Source: an uncultured Pseudomonadales bacterium (GTDB lineage Bacteria; Patescibacteriota; Microgenomatia; UBA1400; UBA1396). From it: a stretch of DNA of 62,751 nt. The position numbers and the translations under genes are program-made. The notes beneath the pieces are model-generated. The model was not told the DNA's origin, ran no database searches, and saw only the letters and a program-made list of their open reading frames with translations. The stretch lies in assembly GCA_964447905.1 (NCBI GenBank), contig CAYUUK010000008.1:1-62751 (forward strand), given 5' to 3'. Positions 11,883-20,784 of this stretch are shown here, in pieces. The number at the start of each line of letters is the position of its first letter. The first letter of the stretch is position 1.

Positions 11883-13250
11883 ATGCCAAAGAAGTCTGCC
11901 AAACCCAAAGTTGCCTACGTGTGTGAAGCGTGTGGGGCGGAGTTTCCGAAGTGGTCTGGTCAGTGTACGCAGTGTGGAGCCTGGAATAGCCTTTCTGAGA
12001 CGATTTCCTCGAGTAGTAAGTCGAACAACTCGAGTGGAGCAGCGCTCATGTACGGTACGAGCGAAGATATCATTGTTTCCGCGGCCGATGTGCTTACCAA
12101 ACACTCCAAAACAGCGCAGCGCTTGCCCACCGGTATGTATGAACTCGACCGAGTTTTTGGTGGCGGTATCGTGTTTGGTTCGGTTATTTTACTCGGTGGT
12201 GAACCGGGAATTGGTAAGTCAACAATTCTTACTCAAATGTTGATAAAAATATTGTCAGAACATGATAAGTTAAAAGCACTTTATGTGGCTGGAGAAGAGA
12301 GTCCGCAACAAATATCGCAGCGAATACAACGCATGGCGGGGAAGAGTGCCAAGCAAGAATCAGATTGGCAGTCCCGCCTCACCTTCTTTTCCAGCTCGAA
12401 TGTGGACCAATTGGTGGCCTATATTAAGAAAGAAAAGCCAGATATTTTGGTCGTCGACTCGGTGCAAACCCTGGTAACTGAGGATCTTTCCGGCATGCCA
12501 GGTTCTGTTGGTCAGTTGCGCGAGGTTACTAGTCGCCTTGTTTCGGTGGCCAAACAATTCAATATTCCTACCTTCTTGGTAGGACACGTCACCAAAGATG
12601 GCGACATCGCGGGGCCAAAAGTGCTTGAACACATTGTTGACTCAGTTTTGCAGATCAGTGGCGCGCGCAACGAAGAAGTGCGTTTGCTGCGTTCTTTGAA
12701 GAACCGTTTTGGTCCTACCGATGAAGTCGGCCTGTTCCGTTTGACGAGCGATGGTGTGGAAGAGGTCCACAATCCCGCGGAAATATTTTTGGAAGAGCAA
12801 ACAATTGGGAAACCGGGTTCCGCACTGGCACTTTGCATGGAAGGAAGTAGGCCAGTGGTGGTTGAAGTCCAAGCACTCGCGGTTCATTCATTTTTGCCCA
12901 GTCCGCGTCGCGTGGCAAAAGGAGTGAAGATTTCCAAACTGCATTTACTCCTCGCTGTTTTGCAAAAACATGCCAAGCTCGATTTAAGCCAAGATGATGT
13001 CTACGTAAACGTAGTGGGAAGCTTAGAATTTTCCGATCCGGCTATCGACTTAGCCATTGCTGCGGCTCTCTTGTCCACAAAATCCGGAAAGTCACCAGGC
13101 AAAAGCACCGTCTACTGCGGTGAAATCGGCTTGCTTGGTGAAATTCGAAGTGTAGTCAGCCTCGATAGGCGACTCAAAGAGGCAAAACGCCTCGGGTATC
13201 CGGATGTCGTGAGCACGCAGAGTATCAAAAACGTTTCGCAACTTACCTAA
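11883..13250 (+). CDS. radA: DNA repair protein RadA/Sms
   Basis: N-terminal zinc ribbon (CEACGAEFPKWSGQCTQCGAWNS), Walker A (GGEPGIGKST), the KNRFG motif and a Lon-protease-like C-terminal domain. Confidence 0.93.
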   Translation: MPKKSAKPKVAYVCEACGAEFPKWSGQCTQCGAWNSLSETISSSSKSNNSSGAALMYGTSEDIIVSAADVLTKHSKTAQRLPTGMYELDRVFGGGIVFGSVILLGGEPGIGKSTILTQMLIKILSEHDKLKALYVAGEESPQQISQRIQRMAGKSAKQESDWQSRLTFFSSSNVDQLVAYIKKEKPDILVVDSVQTLVTEDLSGMPGSVGQLREVTSRLVSVAKQFNIPTFLVGHVTKDGDIAGPKVLEHIVDSVLQISGARNEEVRLLRSLKNRFGPTDEVGLFRLTSDGVEEVHNPAEIFLEEQTIGKPGSALALCMEGSRPVVVEVQALAVHSFLPSPRRVAKGVKISKLHLLLAVLQKHAKLDLSQDDVYVNVVGSLEFSDPAIDLAIAAALLSTKSGKSPGKSTVYCGEIGLLGEIRSVVSLDRRLKEAKRLGYPDVVSTQSIKNVSQLT

Positions 13251-13830
13251 TTTTTTCTGTATTTCTCAGATTGGTCTCTCACCCGTAAAGTGGCTCTTTT
13301 TTGTGCGTGGGGAGTAGAAAAGTGTATTGCTACACAAAAATAAGCCAAATAGACGCAATGAAGATCGTCATGTTCACAGGAAAGTATTGCGGAGTGGAGA
13401 AGTGTTTAAAAGTTTTCCACATTTTTGTTCTATGTCTGATTATTGTGTGAACTCCAGAGTAAATTGTGCGCTTATATTATTATAGGGTAGTGTATTTTCA
13501 GTAATAGAAAATACTATAGGATTAACAAAAAATAAAAAAGTGTTATATAATACAAAAACAACAAGCGTCCGCCCACAAAGATATTTCCCAAAATACCTCT
13601 ATCTAAGTGGAGTGATCATGAAATGAGAGAAGCTGGTTCTGCAGAAGAGAATCAAGCAAAAAAAATGAAAAAGGCATCATTACCGCTGGTAAACCACGAA
13701 TAACAATGCCTCTTTCAAAACGTATCAGTGTCCAAGTAGGGCAGGAGGACACTAAGCCTTAACATAGACTATTTGGGGGAAAACGCAACCCACAGTAAAT
13801 ACGAATAGCTTTTTTACTCGAGAAAATAGT

Positions 13831-13880
13831 GTGGAGGTTCGGGAGTTGGGCAGGCCTCCGAACTTCCACAGTGTTTTTTT
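13831..13880 (+). terminator. Orphan rho-independent terminator inside a long non-coding region
   Basis: GTGGAGGTTCGG pairs with CCGAACTTCCAC (12 bp, one G-U) and is followed by GTGTTTTTTT. It lies ~580 nt downstream of the radA stop with no convincing ORF in between. Confidence 0.5.
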
Positions 13881-14116
13881 GAGTGAGTATTGAAGGTACA
13901 TTTCAAATGAGGAGCATGCCTCTTCAAAAGTACGGGGTACAGTGTGTGATACAATGTATCTCGCCGTTGATTTGTGCAACGGAAATCCAATAATTTCGTA
14001 GAATTTCAAAAAATTAGATCAAAAAAAAACTACCTACAGTATAGAAACAGTATTTTAGCTTGCGCGAAACCTCATGTGACTTTTCTGGTTTCCGCAGAGA
14101 TATACAAAGGAGGAAT

Positions 14117-15502
14117 ATGGCTGATACAGCCGAAGAAGTAAAAAAAGAATCCCCGGCTGAAACCGCCGATTCAACTTCATCTCAACCAGAAGAAAAGAAC
14201 GCTTCAGAGTCGTCATCTGATACATCAGACTCTCATTCTCAGAGTAAATCGAACAATTCTTCTGGACGTCGTTCTCGCTCCAGCAACTCTCGCTCTTCGC
14301 GAGGAAGCAAAAGCAGTAGTAGAAATAGCAGTAAGAGTTCATCTTCCGATTCTTCATCTTCCAATTCTTCTCAGAATTCATCGTTACAAGAGATTACTGG
14401 TTATATTGATCTCTCACCAGATGGTCATGCCGTGGTTCGAGAAGGATTTTCACAGAGTCGCACCGATGCCTATTTGAGTATCTCCGTAGTGCGTAAGCTC
14501 CATTTGCGGGCTGGCGACAAGGTTGAAGGTGTGGCCAGAGAGCCGCGCGAAAATGATCGATACTGGGGAATGAAAGACATCTACACCGCCAACGGTGTGC
14601 CGGTAGACAGTTTGGGTCGTCGTCCACGATTTGAAGAAATGGTTCCGGTCTATCCCAACGAAAAAATTACTCTTGAGACCGGTCCAGAGCCTATTTCCAG
14701 CCGTTTGATTGATCTCGTGGCTCCTATCGGAAAAGGCCAGCGTGGTTTGATTGTGGCCCCTCCAAAAGCTGGTAAGACCACTATCATGAAAGAAATGTCT
14801 TCTGGTATTGCTGAGAACTTCCCAGAGATTCATCTCATGGCGGTTTTAATCGGTGAGCGTCCAGAGGAAGTTACCGATATTGCCCGCCACATTTCCAGCA
14901 TTACCGATGGCAAAGGGGAAACCGCTGCCTCCAACTTTGATGAACCAGCAGAAGAGCAAACCCGTGTGGCCGAAGTTGCCCTGGAGCGTGCAAAACGCCT
15001 GGTAGAAGAGGGCAAAGATGTGGTCATTTTACTGGACTCGATCACTCGTCTGGCTCGCGCGTATAACTTAGCTATCCCAACTTCTGGTCGTACACTCTCT
15101 GGTGGTTTTGACCCCGCTGCCTTATACCCGCCAAAGCGCTTCTTTGGTGCGGCTCGTAACTTTGAAGGACCGGGAAGTTTAACCATTATTGGAACCGCTT
15201 TAGTCGAAACAGGCTCGCGCATGGATGACCTGATCTACGAAGAGTTTAAAGGTACCGGTAACATGGAACTCCATCTGGAGCGAAGAATGGCTGAGCGTCG
15301 AATCTATCCAGCCATTAACTTACAACGTTCTGGCACCCGCCGCGACGATCTTCTGTTTGATAACGGTCAATACCAAAGCATTATTGTCTTGCACCGCATG
15401 CTCGGTATGCTCAACGACGACGAACGAACCGAGATGGTTATTCGCCGGCTGAAGGAAACGAAGAATAATAAGCAGTTTTTGGCGAGTCTTAAGGACGGCT
15501 AG
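14117..15502 (+). CDS. rho: Transcription termination factor Rho with a Ser/Arg-rich low-complexity N-terminus
   Basis: The start is ATG 14117 behind AAAGGAGGAA. A CSD-like RNA-binding region is present (ITGYIDLSPDGHAVVRE...RAGDKVEG), as are Walker A (PPKAGKTTIM) and RMAERRIYPAINLQRSGTRR. The first ~105 aa are low complexity. Confidence 0.93.
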   Translation: MADTAEEVKKESPAETADSTSSQPEEKNASESSSDTSDSHSQSKSNNSSGRRSRSSNSRSSRGSKSSSRNSSKSSSSDSSSSNSSQNSSLQEITGYIDLSPDGHAVVREGFSQSRTDAYLSISVVRKLHLRAGDKVEGVAREPRENDRYWGMKDIYTANGVPVDSLGRRPRFEEMVPVYPNEKITLETGPEPISSRLIDLVAPIGKGQRGLIVAPPKAGKTTIMKEMSSGIAENFPEIHLMAVLIGERPEEVTDIARHISSITDGKGETAASNFDEPAEEQTRVAEVALERAKRLVEEGKDVVILLDSITRLARAYNLAIPTSGRTLSGGFDPAALYPPKRFFGAARNFEGPGSLTIIGTALVETGSRMDDLIYEEFKGTGNMELHLERRMAERRIYPAINLQRSGTRRDDLLFDNGQYQSIIVLHRMLGMLNDDERTEMVIRRLKETKNNKQFLASLKDG

Positions 15503-15517
15503 GCCAAAGGTTCCTTT

Positions 15518-15559
15518 AGGGGAACCCTGCTATACAACTACCTCAAGAGGGGGAAACCC
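15518..15559. repeat. Intergenic palindromic repeat, copy B (left half only)
   Basis: AGGGGAACCCTGCTATACAACTAC plus CCTCAAGAGGGGGAAACC. This matches the left flank and left palindrome arm of copy D in reverse complement. The sequence diverges at the palindrome centre. Confidence 0.75.
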
Positions 15560-15609
15560 ACCAGCAATAGTCCTGTATAATAATCCCACAACCCCCAACC
15601 CACCCCTCT

Positions 15610-16797
15610 ATGCCACTCAAATTCCTACAATTCCAGTCCCAGCGACCCGCTCGCAAAAAGAGCCAAGAGGATGCTCTTTGGTGGCGCGAATGGTTGCAGA
15701 TAGGTGAGTTTGATCGGTTTCTGCAGTTTTTTGGTGGGTACCTGTACAAACGTGGATACTTCTTTTTCTCGTATTTAGAGTTAGGAAAAGACTTGGTTGT
15801 GGGAATTTTGTACAAGCGGCGCGGAAAGTTTGCGCGTCCATTTTTACATACGGCGCTGATGAGCGTGTTGTTTGTGGGAATTACGTTTGGACCACTGTTG
15901 GTGCAGAAGGCTACAGCAGAAGAGACCAATGTTGCGGAACTGCCGTCAGCAGTTTTGCGTACCTCTACAGGTGATACCGTGTTCTTAACAGAGCAGAGTG
16001 AGGACGTGGCTCGTTTTCGCGGTGGAGAAGTCATTGAGCACGTAGTGGTCGAAGGGGAAACCATCTCGACGATTGCGCAGCGCTACAATTTACAGCAAGA
16101 CACCATTCTCTGGGAAAACGACCTAACGGCGAAGAGCAGTATCAAGCCAGGCGACCGCTTGCGCATCTTGCCGACTGATGGCGTGTGGCACCGAGTCCAA
16201 AAAGGTGAGACCGTGTATACGCTTGCCAAAAAGTACGGATTGGGAGACGACGACGCGGCTGCTCAGGCGATCATTTCTTTTCCGTTTAACACCTTCGCCG
16301 ATGATGACACTTTTGCGCTGACTACCGGGCAAAGCCTCCTCGTTCCAGGTGGTCGCCCGCCAGCTAAGGCTGTCACCACGCCAGTAAATACGTATGCGCG
16401 TGTTACCACGCCAGATGCGGGTGCAGTTTCCGCTACTGGTCAGTTTGTCTGGCCGGCTTCTGGATACATTTCTCAGGGATACTTCTGGTATCACCAGGCT
16501 TACGATATTGCGAACCGTGGTGGTGGGAAGATTCTGGCAGCAGACTCCGGTACGGTCATTGTGGCTGGTTGGGTTGATAATTCTGGATACGGAAACCGGA
16601 TCATGATTGATCATGGCAATGGCTTCGTCACGTTGTATGCTCACTTGTCTGTGGTTCGGGTACGAGTTGGCCAAACAGTTAACAAGGGTGATGTGATTGG
16701 TGACATGGGATCGACCGGTCGTTCGACTGGTGTCCACTTGCACTTTGAGGTCCGACAGGGTGGCGCGCTCTTGAATCCAGCAAACTTCCTGCGCTAA
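15610..16797 (+). CDS. M23 family metallopeptidase with LysM domains (cell-wall hydrolase)
   Basis: N-terminal TM helix. Two LysM-like motifs (GETISTIAQRYNL, GETVYTLAKKYGL). M23 core GYGNRIMIDHGNGFVTLYAHLS...GSTGRSTGVHLHFEV. A TATAAT box at 15576-15581 precedes it. Confidence 0.88.
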   Translation: MPLKFLQFQSQRPARKKSQEDALWWREWLQIGEFDRFLQFFGGYLYKRGYFFFSYLELGKDLVVGILYKRRGKFARPFLHTALMSVLFVGITFGPLLVQKATAEETNVAELPSAVLRTSTGDTVFLTEQSEDVARFRGGEVIEHVVVEGETISTIAQRYNLQQDTILWENDLTAKSSIKPGDRLRILPTDGVWHRVQKGETVYTLAKKYGLGDDDAAAQAIISFPFNTFADDDTFALTTGQSLLVPGGRPPAKAVTTPVNTYARVTTPDAGAVSATGQFVWPASGYISQGYFWYHQAYDIANRGGGKILAADSGTVIVAGWVDNSGYGNRIMIDHGNGFVTLYAHLSVVRVRVGQTVNKGDVIGDMGSTGRSTGVHLHFEVRQGGALLNPANFLR

Positions 16798-16908
16798 GCC
16801 GCTCGTCAAAAAGTAGCACAAAATATGTTGATAGTGTTTGCAGAAAAATACACAAATAAATAGAAAAGTAAGGAAAAGTATATTCTGATATACTTATATA
16901 CACAAGAT

Positions 16909-18114
16909 ATGGTTGATACATCTTTTTTTACAGTTAAAGCAGGCAAGGGCGGCGATGGCCGCGCAACTTTCCGTCGCGAAAAATATGCGCCCAAAGGTGG
17001 GCCAAATGGTGGCGATGGTGGTAACGGCGGATCGGTCTACATTGTGGCCGACGAGCACAAAAACACTCTCCGCGACTATGCGGGGAAGACGTTTTTCCAA
17101 GCCGAGAATGGCGAGCCTGGTCAAAAACAGCAAAAATCCGGCAATAACGGCGCTGACCTCGAGTTAGAAGTGCCAGTCGGCACCGTAATTTGGGAAGTCA
17201 CCGACGAAAAGGCCTTCCGCGCCGGCGACAAGTCCGCGCGCACGCTGCTCGGTGAGATTATGGACGCCGATGATCGTTTGCTGGTGGCCAAAGGTGGACT
17301 TGGTGGTCGCGGAAACGTGCACTTTAAGAGTTCGACTAACCGCACACCGCTCGAATACGAAATTGGCGGCGAGGCACAAGAGAAGAAGTTGTTTTTAGAA
17401 TTAAAGCTCTTGGCCGATATTGGTTTTGTCGGTCTGCCGAACGCGGGGAAGAGTACTTTGCTGTCTGTTCTGACCGATGCTCGCCCCAAAGTGGCTAACT
17501 ATCCCTTTACTACTTTGGAACCACACCTGGGAGTGATGTCCGTGGGTGGCGACAAAGAAACCACGCGCTATGTGCTGGCTGATGTCCCAGGTTTGATCGA
17601 GGCCGCCAGTGCTGGTAAGGGTCTTGGACACCAATTTTTACGCCACATCGAGCGCTGCCGCTTGCTGACATACGTGTTGGCTCCCGATGAGACGCTGGCA
17701 TATGACTCCGAAACGTCCGCGCAAACTGTGGCCGATTCTATTCTCGAGCAGTGGAAGACGCTGCGCACGGAGCTCAAAAACTACAACCCAGAACTGCTGG
17801 AGCGCCCAGTAGTGATTGTGATGAATAAGCAGGACATGTTGTCCGAAGAGGATCGCCAAGCTGTATTGAAAGCTATCCAGGCGGAAACGGTGGAGAAAAA
17901 AGCCGTGGATGGAGTAGTGGTGACTACCTCAGCCATTACACAAGAAGGAATTGAAGAACTGAAAAATAGACTGCATGAAATGCTTCTGCAGCACCCTACA
18001 ATTGATACTGCTGTCGATACAGCAGCGGACTCGATTCCAGTATATACACCCGAATCCGACGCTGGCAAGCCCACGCTGACGCGGAAGGAGGTGGGGAATT
18101 GGCGGAAGCTGTAA
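16909..18114 (+). CDS. obg: GTPase Obg/CgtA
   Basis: Obg fold with glycine-rich repeats (KAGKGGDGRATFRREKYAPKGGPNGGDGGNGGSVY). G1 is GLPNAGKST, G3 is DVPGLIEGA-like, and G4 is NKQD. Confidence 0.93.
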   Translation: MVDTSFFTVKAGKGGDGRATFRREKYAPKGGPNGGDGGNGGSVYIVADEHKNTLRDYAGKTFFQAENGEPGQKQQKSGNNGADLELEVPVGTVIWEVTDEKAFRAGDKSARTLLGEIMDADDRLLVAKGGLGGRGNVHFKSSTNRTPLEYEIGGEAQEKKLFLELKLLADIGFVGLPNAGKSTLLSVLTDARPKVANYPFTTLEPHLGVMSVGGDKETTRYVLADVPGLIEAASAGKGLGHQFLRHIERCRLLTYVLAPDETLAYDSETSAQTVADSILEQWKTLRTELKNYNPELLERPVVIVMNKQDMLSEEDRQAVLKAIQAETVEKKAVDGVVVTTSAITQEGIEELKNRLHEMLLQHPTIDTAVDTAADSIPVYTPESDAGKPTLTRKEVGNWRKL

Positions 18115-18121
18115 ACCTTTA

Positions 18122-18208
18122 AGAGGGTTACCCTGCTTCACAACTACCTCAAGAAGGGGAATCCTAGGATTCCCCTTCTTGAGAAAACTAAACAGCAGGG
18201 GAAACCTC
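18122..18208. repeat. Intergenic palindromic repeat, copy C (full)
   Basis: Left flank GAGGGTTACCCTGCTTCACAACTAC. Perfect 36-nt palindrome at 18148-18183 (CTCAAGAAGGGGAATCCTAGGATTCCCCTTCTTGAG). The right flank AGCAGGGGAAACCTC is partly complementary to the left flank. Confidence 0.85.
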
Positions 18209-18218
18209 CAAGAAGAGG

Positions 18219-18227
18219 TGCTATAAT
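18219..18227 (+). promoter_or_regulatory. Extended -10 promoter element (TGCTATAAT) for tRNA-Ala(GGC)
   Basis: TGnTATAAT ends 19 nt upstream of the tRNA 5' end. Confidence 0.45.
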
Positions 18228-18245
18228 ACCTCCTCTAAACCAAAA

Positions 18246-18318
18246 GGGCCCATGGCGCAGCTGGTAGCGCGTCTGTATGGCATACAGAAGGTCAGGGGTT
18301 CGAGTCCCCTTGGGTCCA
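18246..18318 (+). tRNA. tRNA-Ala (anticodon GGC)
   Basis: Manual cloverleaf: acceptor GGGCCCA/TGGGTCC with the G3:U70 alanine identity pair, D stem GCGC/GCGC, anticodon loop ATGGCAT, T arm AGGGG-TTCGAGT-CCCCT, discriminator A. CCA is not encoded. Confidence 0.88.
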
Positions 18319-18326
18319 CACGTAGA

Positions 18327-18351
18327 AAAGACACCGAGAGGTGTCTTTTTT
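18327..18351 (+). terminator. Rho-independent terminator after tRNA-Ala(GGC)
   Basis: AAAGACACC-GAGA-GGTGTCTTT hairpin followed by a T-run. Confidence 0.65.
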
Positions 18352-18430
18352 CTTGAGATTCCCAAAAAAGAGGAAAAGCGCTCAAGTAACTAGCTCAAGT
18401 TGAAAACACATAACTCGGCACCCTTTCTTC

Positions 18431-18439
18431 TGGTAGAAT
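18431..18439 (+). promoter_or_regulatory. Extended -10-like element (TGGTAGAAT) for tRNA-Ala(CGC)
   Basis: TGnTAGAAT lies 27 nt upstream of the second tRNA. Confidence 0.35.
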
Positions 18440-18465
18440 ATCCTTCCAGGCATCTATTCTTGTTT

Positions 18466-18536
18466 GGGCCTATAGGTAAGGGGTATACCGCAGCATTCGC
18501 ATTGCTGAGTCCCGAGTTCGATTCTCGGTAGGTCCA
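18466..18536 (+). tRNA. tRNA-Ala (anticodon CGC)
   Basis: Acceptor GGGCCTA/TAGGTCC with G3:U70, D stem GGTA/TACC, anticodon loop TTCGCAT, T arm CCGAG-TTCGATT-CTCGG, discriminator A. Length 71 nt. Confidence 0.82.
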
Positions 18537-18689
18537 CTTTTTCTTTTATAGTAGACTGGTTGTATGAGAAGAGATTGGAATTCATTTGTAGGCCGCGGTT
18601 TGCTAGAGCGTGGCGAAAGAGACACTCGTAAATCTGCTGATGTTAAAGTAGTGCGTCAACTACTAAAGTAGGCAGAAACTTTAGATTTC

Positions 18690-19223
18690 ATGAAAAAACC
18701 ATTGCTACAGCAATTGGCTATACTTTTAAATTCTTCAACAACATCGAGAGCTGAAGGTGTTTTAGTTCAAAAAGCAGTATTACACTCTAATGTAAAGCTA
18801 ACTCCCGGAGAAAGAGAGGAGATTTCGCAATTTAGTAAACTAGCATCCAGTCTAAATGATTGTGGTGTTTTTTTAAAAGTATCCACAGATAGAATTGGAA
18901 TTTCTTATTCTGGTGGAAGTGAAGAAACAATTGCAGAGGGAATCGATGTCTATCAAAGTCAGGAATATGTTAATGCAAGTGTAAATATTTCTGAGAGACG
19001 TGTTTATATGCGACCAATTGAAGATTGGTTTGACTTAATAACCTTTCTTCATGAGAAAGCTCACATTGAATTTTATGAAGAAGAGAATATAGACAACCGT
19101 GGCGTAGAAGATGTACTTGTAAAATTTCATTTTTTATTAAGATTTATGGATGCCAAAAAAAAGCCATCAAAAAGCGAGATAATAGAAATAGCAGAAAAAA
19201 ATCTGTTTCCATCAGTAGATTGA
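18690..19223 (+). CDS. Hypothetical protein with an HExxH motif (possible small zinc metallopeptidase), AT-rich gene
   Basis: 177-aa ORF containing FLHEKAHIEF (H-E-x-x-H). Its composition is visibly more AT-rich than the flanking genes, and it lies directly after the tRNA-Ala pair. Confidence 0.55.
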   Translation: MKKPLLQQLAILLNSSTTSRAEGVLVQKAVLHSNVKLTPGEREEISQFSKLASSLNDCGVFLKVSTDRIGISYSGGSEETIAEGIDVYQSQEYVNASVNISERRVYMRPIEDWFDLITFLHEKAHIEFYEEENIDNRGVEDVLVKFHFLLRFMDAKKKPSKSEIIEIAEKNLFPSVD

Positions 19224-19516
19224 TAGAACCAATAACTGAACAAGAGGCAAATCTAATTCTTATACATGAAGAAAATGCAAACAAAAAAGTTCCCAAAAAA
19301 TTAAGATTTATTGTGCAGAAAAGTACAATAGCTGACGGGGAAAGAGATCTGCTTATAGAAGATGCGGCAGCCTTACTAGAAGCACAGTTGCAATCATATA
19401 AGAAGTCGGTAGAAAAAGTTTTAGAGCATGGTCAAGTTCTATCTACTGAATTAACAGATCTGATGTCGAAAGCAGATAGCCCAAGCGATGATGTTATTGG
19501 TAATTCATTTTTTTAA
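19220..19516 (+). CDS. Hypothetical protein (98 aa), translationally coupled to the HExxH gene
   Basis: The TTG start overlaps the upstream TGA stop as TTGA. The gene is AT-rich. No family recognised. Confidence 0.45.
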   Translation: MIEPITEQEANLILIHEENANKKVPKKLRFIVQKSTIADGERDLLIEDAAALLEAQLQSYKKSVEKVLEHGQVLSTELTDLMSKADSPSDDVIGNSFF

Positions 19517-19562
19517 ATTCTTCGATAGTCTTTTTCATTACAAACTGGCATACTATTTCTAA

Positions 19563-20204
19563 ATGCCACGCATCTTTTCCACAAAAACGAGCGCTCGTAT
19601 GCGCCGTGGCCTCACGCTCATCGAGATGCTGATTGCCATGACGTTTATTGCCATCATGATGGTGGTGGCGTTTATGCAGGTTTCTCGATATATCAACCAG
19701 AGTAGAGATGTGGAGCGGAAGGCCGATCTTGAGAAGTATCGCATCGCGCTTGAAGAGTATTTTGCCGATTACGGTCAGTATCCGCCGACCGCGCTGATGC
19801 AAGATTGTGGTTCCAAAGATATTGTGCCGTACTTGCCAGAGGTGCTGTGTGATCCGCTCACTGGTGATCCCTATCGCTATGTGCGTACGCAGAATGGCGC
19901 GCATTATGAGTTGTGGACGTTCTTGCACACCGAAGGAGATCCCGTTATTGAACTGCGCGGGTGCGATGTCGGCTGTGGCCCCGATGACAACGGCGACGGC
20001 GCTGGTGACTACAACTACGGCATTAGTGATGAGCAAGTGGCCACCGGCGAAGGCTCGGAAGCTGGGTTTGTGCAACCGTTCTGTTCCTCTGGTGGAGTGA
20101 ACTACTGTATTGCCGGGCAATGCTCAAATTGCTGTCCGGGAGATATCTATCGGTGTAACAGTACCGGGACCGCGTGTTATATTGACTACAGTTGCCGCGA
20201 GTAG
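19563..20204 (+). CDS. Type IV pilin-like protein with a Cys-rich C-terminal domain
   Basis: Prepilin-type N-terminal cleavage/methylation signal MRRG|LTLIEMLIAMTFIAIMMVVAF. The C-terminal ~110 aa carry about 14 Cys (CDVGCGPDD..., CSSGGVNYCIAGQCSNCCPGDIYRCNSTGTACYIDYSC). Confidence 0.85.
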   Translation: MPRIFSTKTSARMRRGLTLIEMLIAMTFIAIMMVVAFMQVSRYINQSRDVERKADLEKYRIALEEYFADYGQYPPTALMQDCGSKDIVPYLPEVLCDPLTGDPYRYVRTQNGAHYELWTFLHTEGDPVIELRGCDVGCGPDDNGDGAGDYNYGISDEQVATGEGSEAGFVQPFCSSGGVNYCIAGQCSNCCPGDIYRCNSTGTACYIDYSCRE

Positions 20205-20217
20205 CTGGCAGCAGGGT

Positions 20218-20784
20218 ATGCGCACAAAACAGAGATTTTCATCAGAAATTATTTCCACAATTGGGTTTACGCTGATCGAGTTGATGGTGGTAATCTCGAT
20301 TATTGGGATTTTGACCGCCGCCATTGGTGGGAATTATATGACTTCGCGGACTCGCGCTCGCGATAGCGAGCGCAAAAACGCCCTCACTCAAATGCGGAAC
20401 GCTTTGGAAATTTATTTTAATGATCATGGATACTATCCAGAAGCAATTGATGGCAGGATTCTTGGTTTAGAATGGGGTGGACCGCTTATCGACTCCAATA
20501 CCACGGTGTACATGGTTCAGTTGCCCAAAGACTCCCGTGACCCAGACATTACTTTTTACTACGAAGTGGATGGTACGAGTTCATCATTGACTGATCAACT
20601 GAAGTACCGCATCTACGCTCGGCTCGAGAATCCCACCGACGGTGATACCGACCTCGATGATGACGGCGAGCTCGGTGATGAGTACGACGGTACAGTAGGT
20701 GATGGCGAAGCAAAATTCTGCGGTGACAGTTACTGTAACTACGGTATTCCATCACCCACCACTACGATGGAGGAAGTATGGTAA
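20218..20784 (+). CDS. Type IV pilin-like protein
   Basis: The start is set at ATG 20218 (MRTKQRF...), after the stop of the preceding pilin. The class III signal is TIG|FTLIELMVVISIIGILTAAI. The C-terminus is acidic and Asp-rich. Confidence 0.85.
   Translation: MRTKQRFSSEIISTIGFTLIELMVVISIIGILTAAIGGNYMTSRTRARDSERKNALTQMRNALEIYFNDHGYYPEAIDGRILGLEWGGPLIDSNTTVYMVQLPKDSRDPDITFYYEVDGTSSSLTDQLKYRIYARLENPTDGDTDLDDDGELGDEYDGTVGDGEAKFCGDSYCNYGIPSPTTTMEEVW

Noticed and set aside
11719-12243. The 174-aa plus-strand ORF overlapping the radA 5' region.
   Set aside because: It overlaps the terminator at 11731-11763 and the radA coding start in another frame, and its translation is Arg/Cys-rich noise. 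The hairpins at ~11780-11875 more likely belong to the radA leader.
18144-18365. The 73-aa minus-strand ORF across tRNA-Ala(GGC), and the 61-aa ORF 61462..61647 across tRNA-Pro.
   Set aside because: They overlap well-folding tRNA genes and terminator hairpins.
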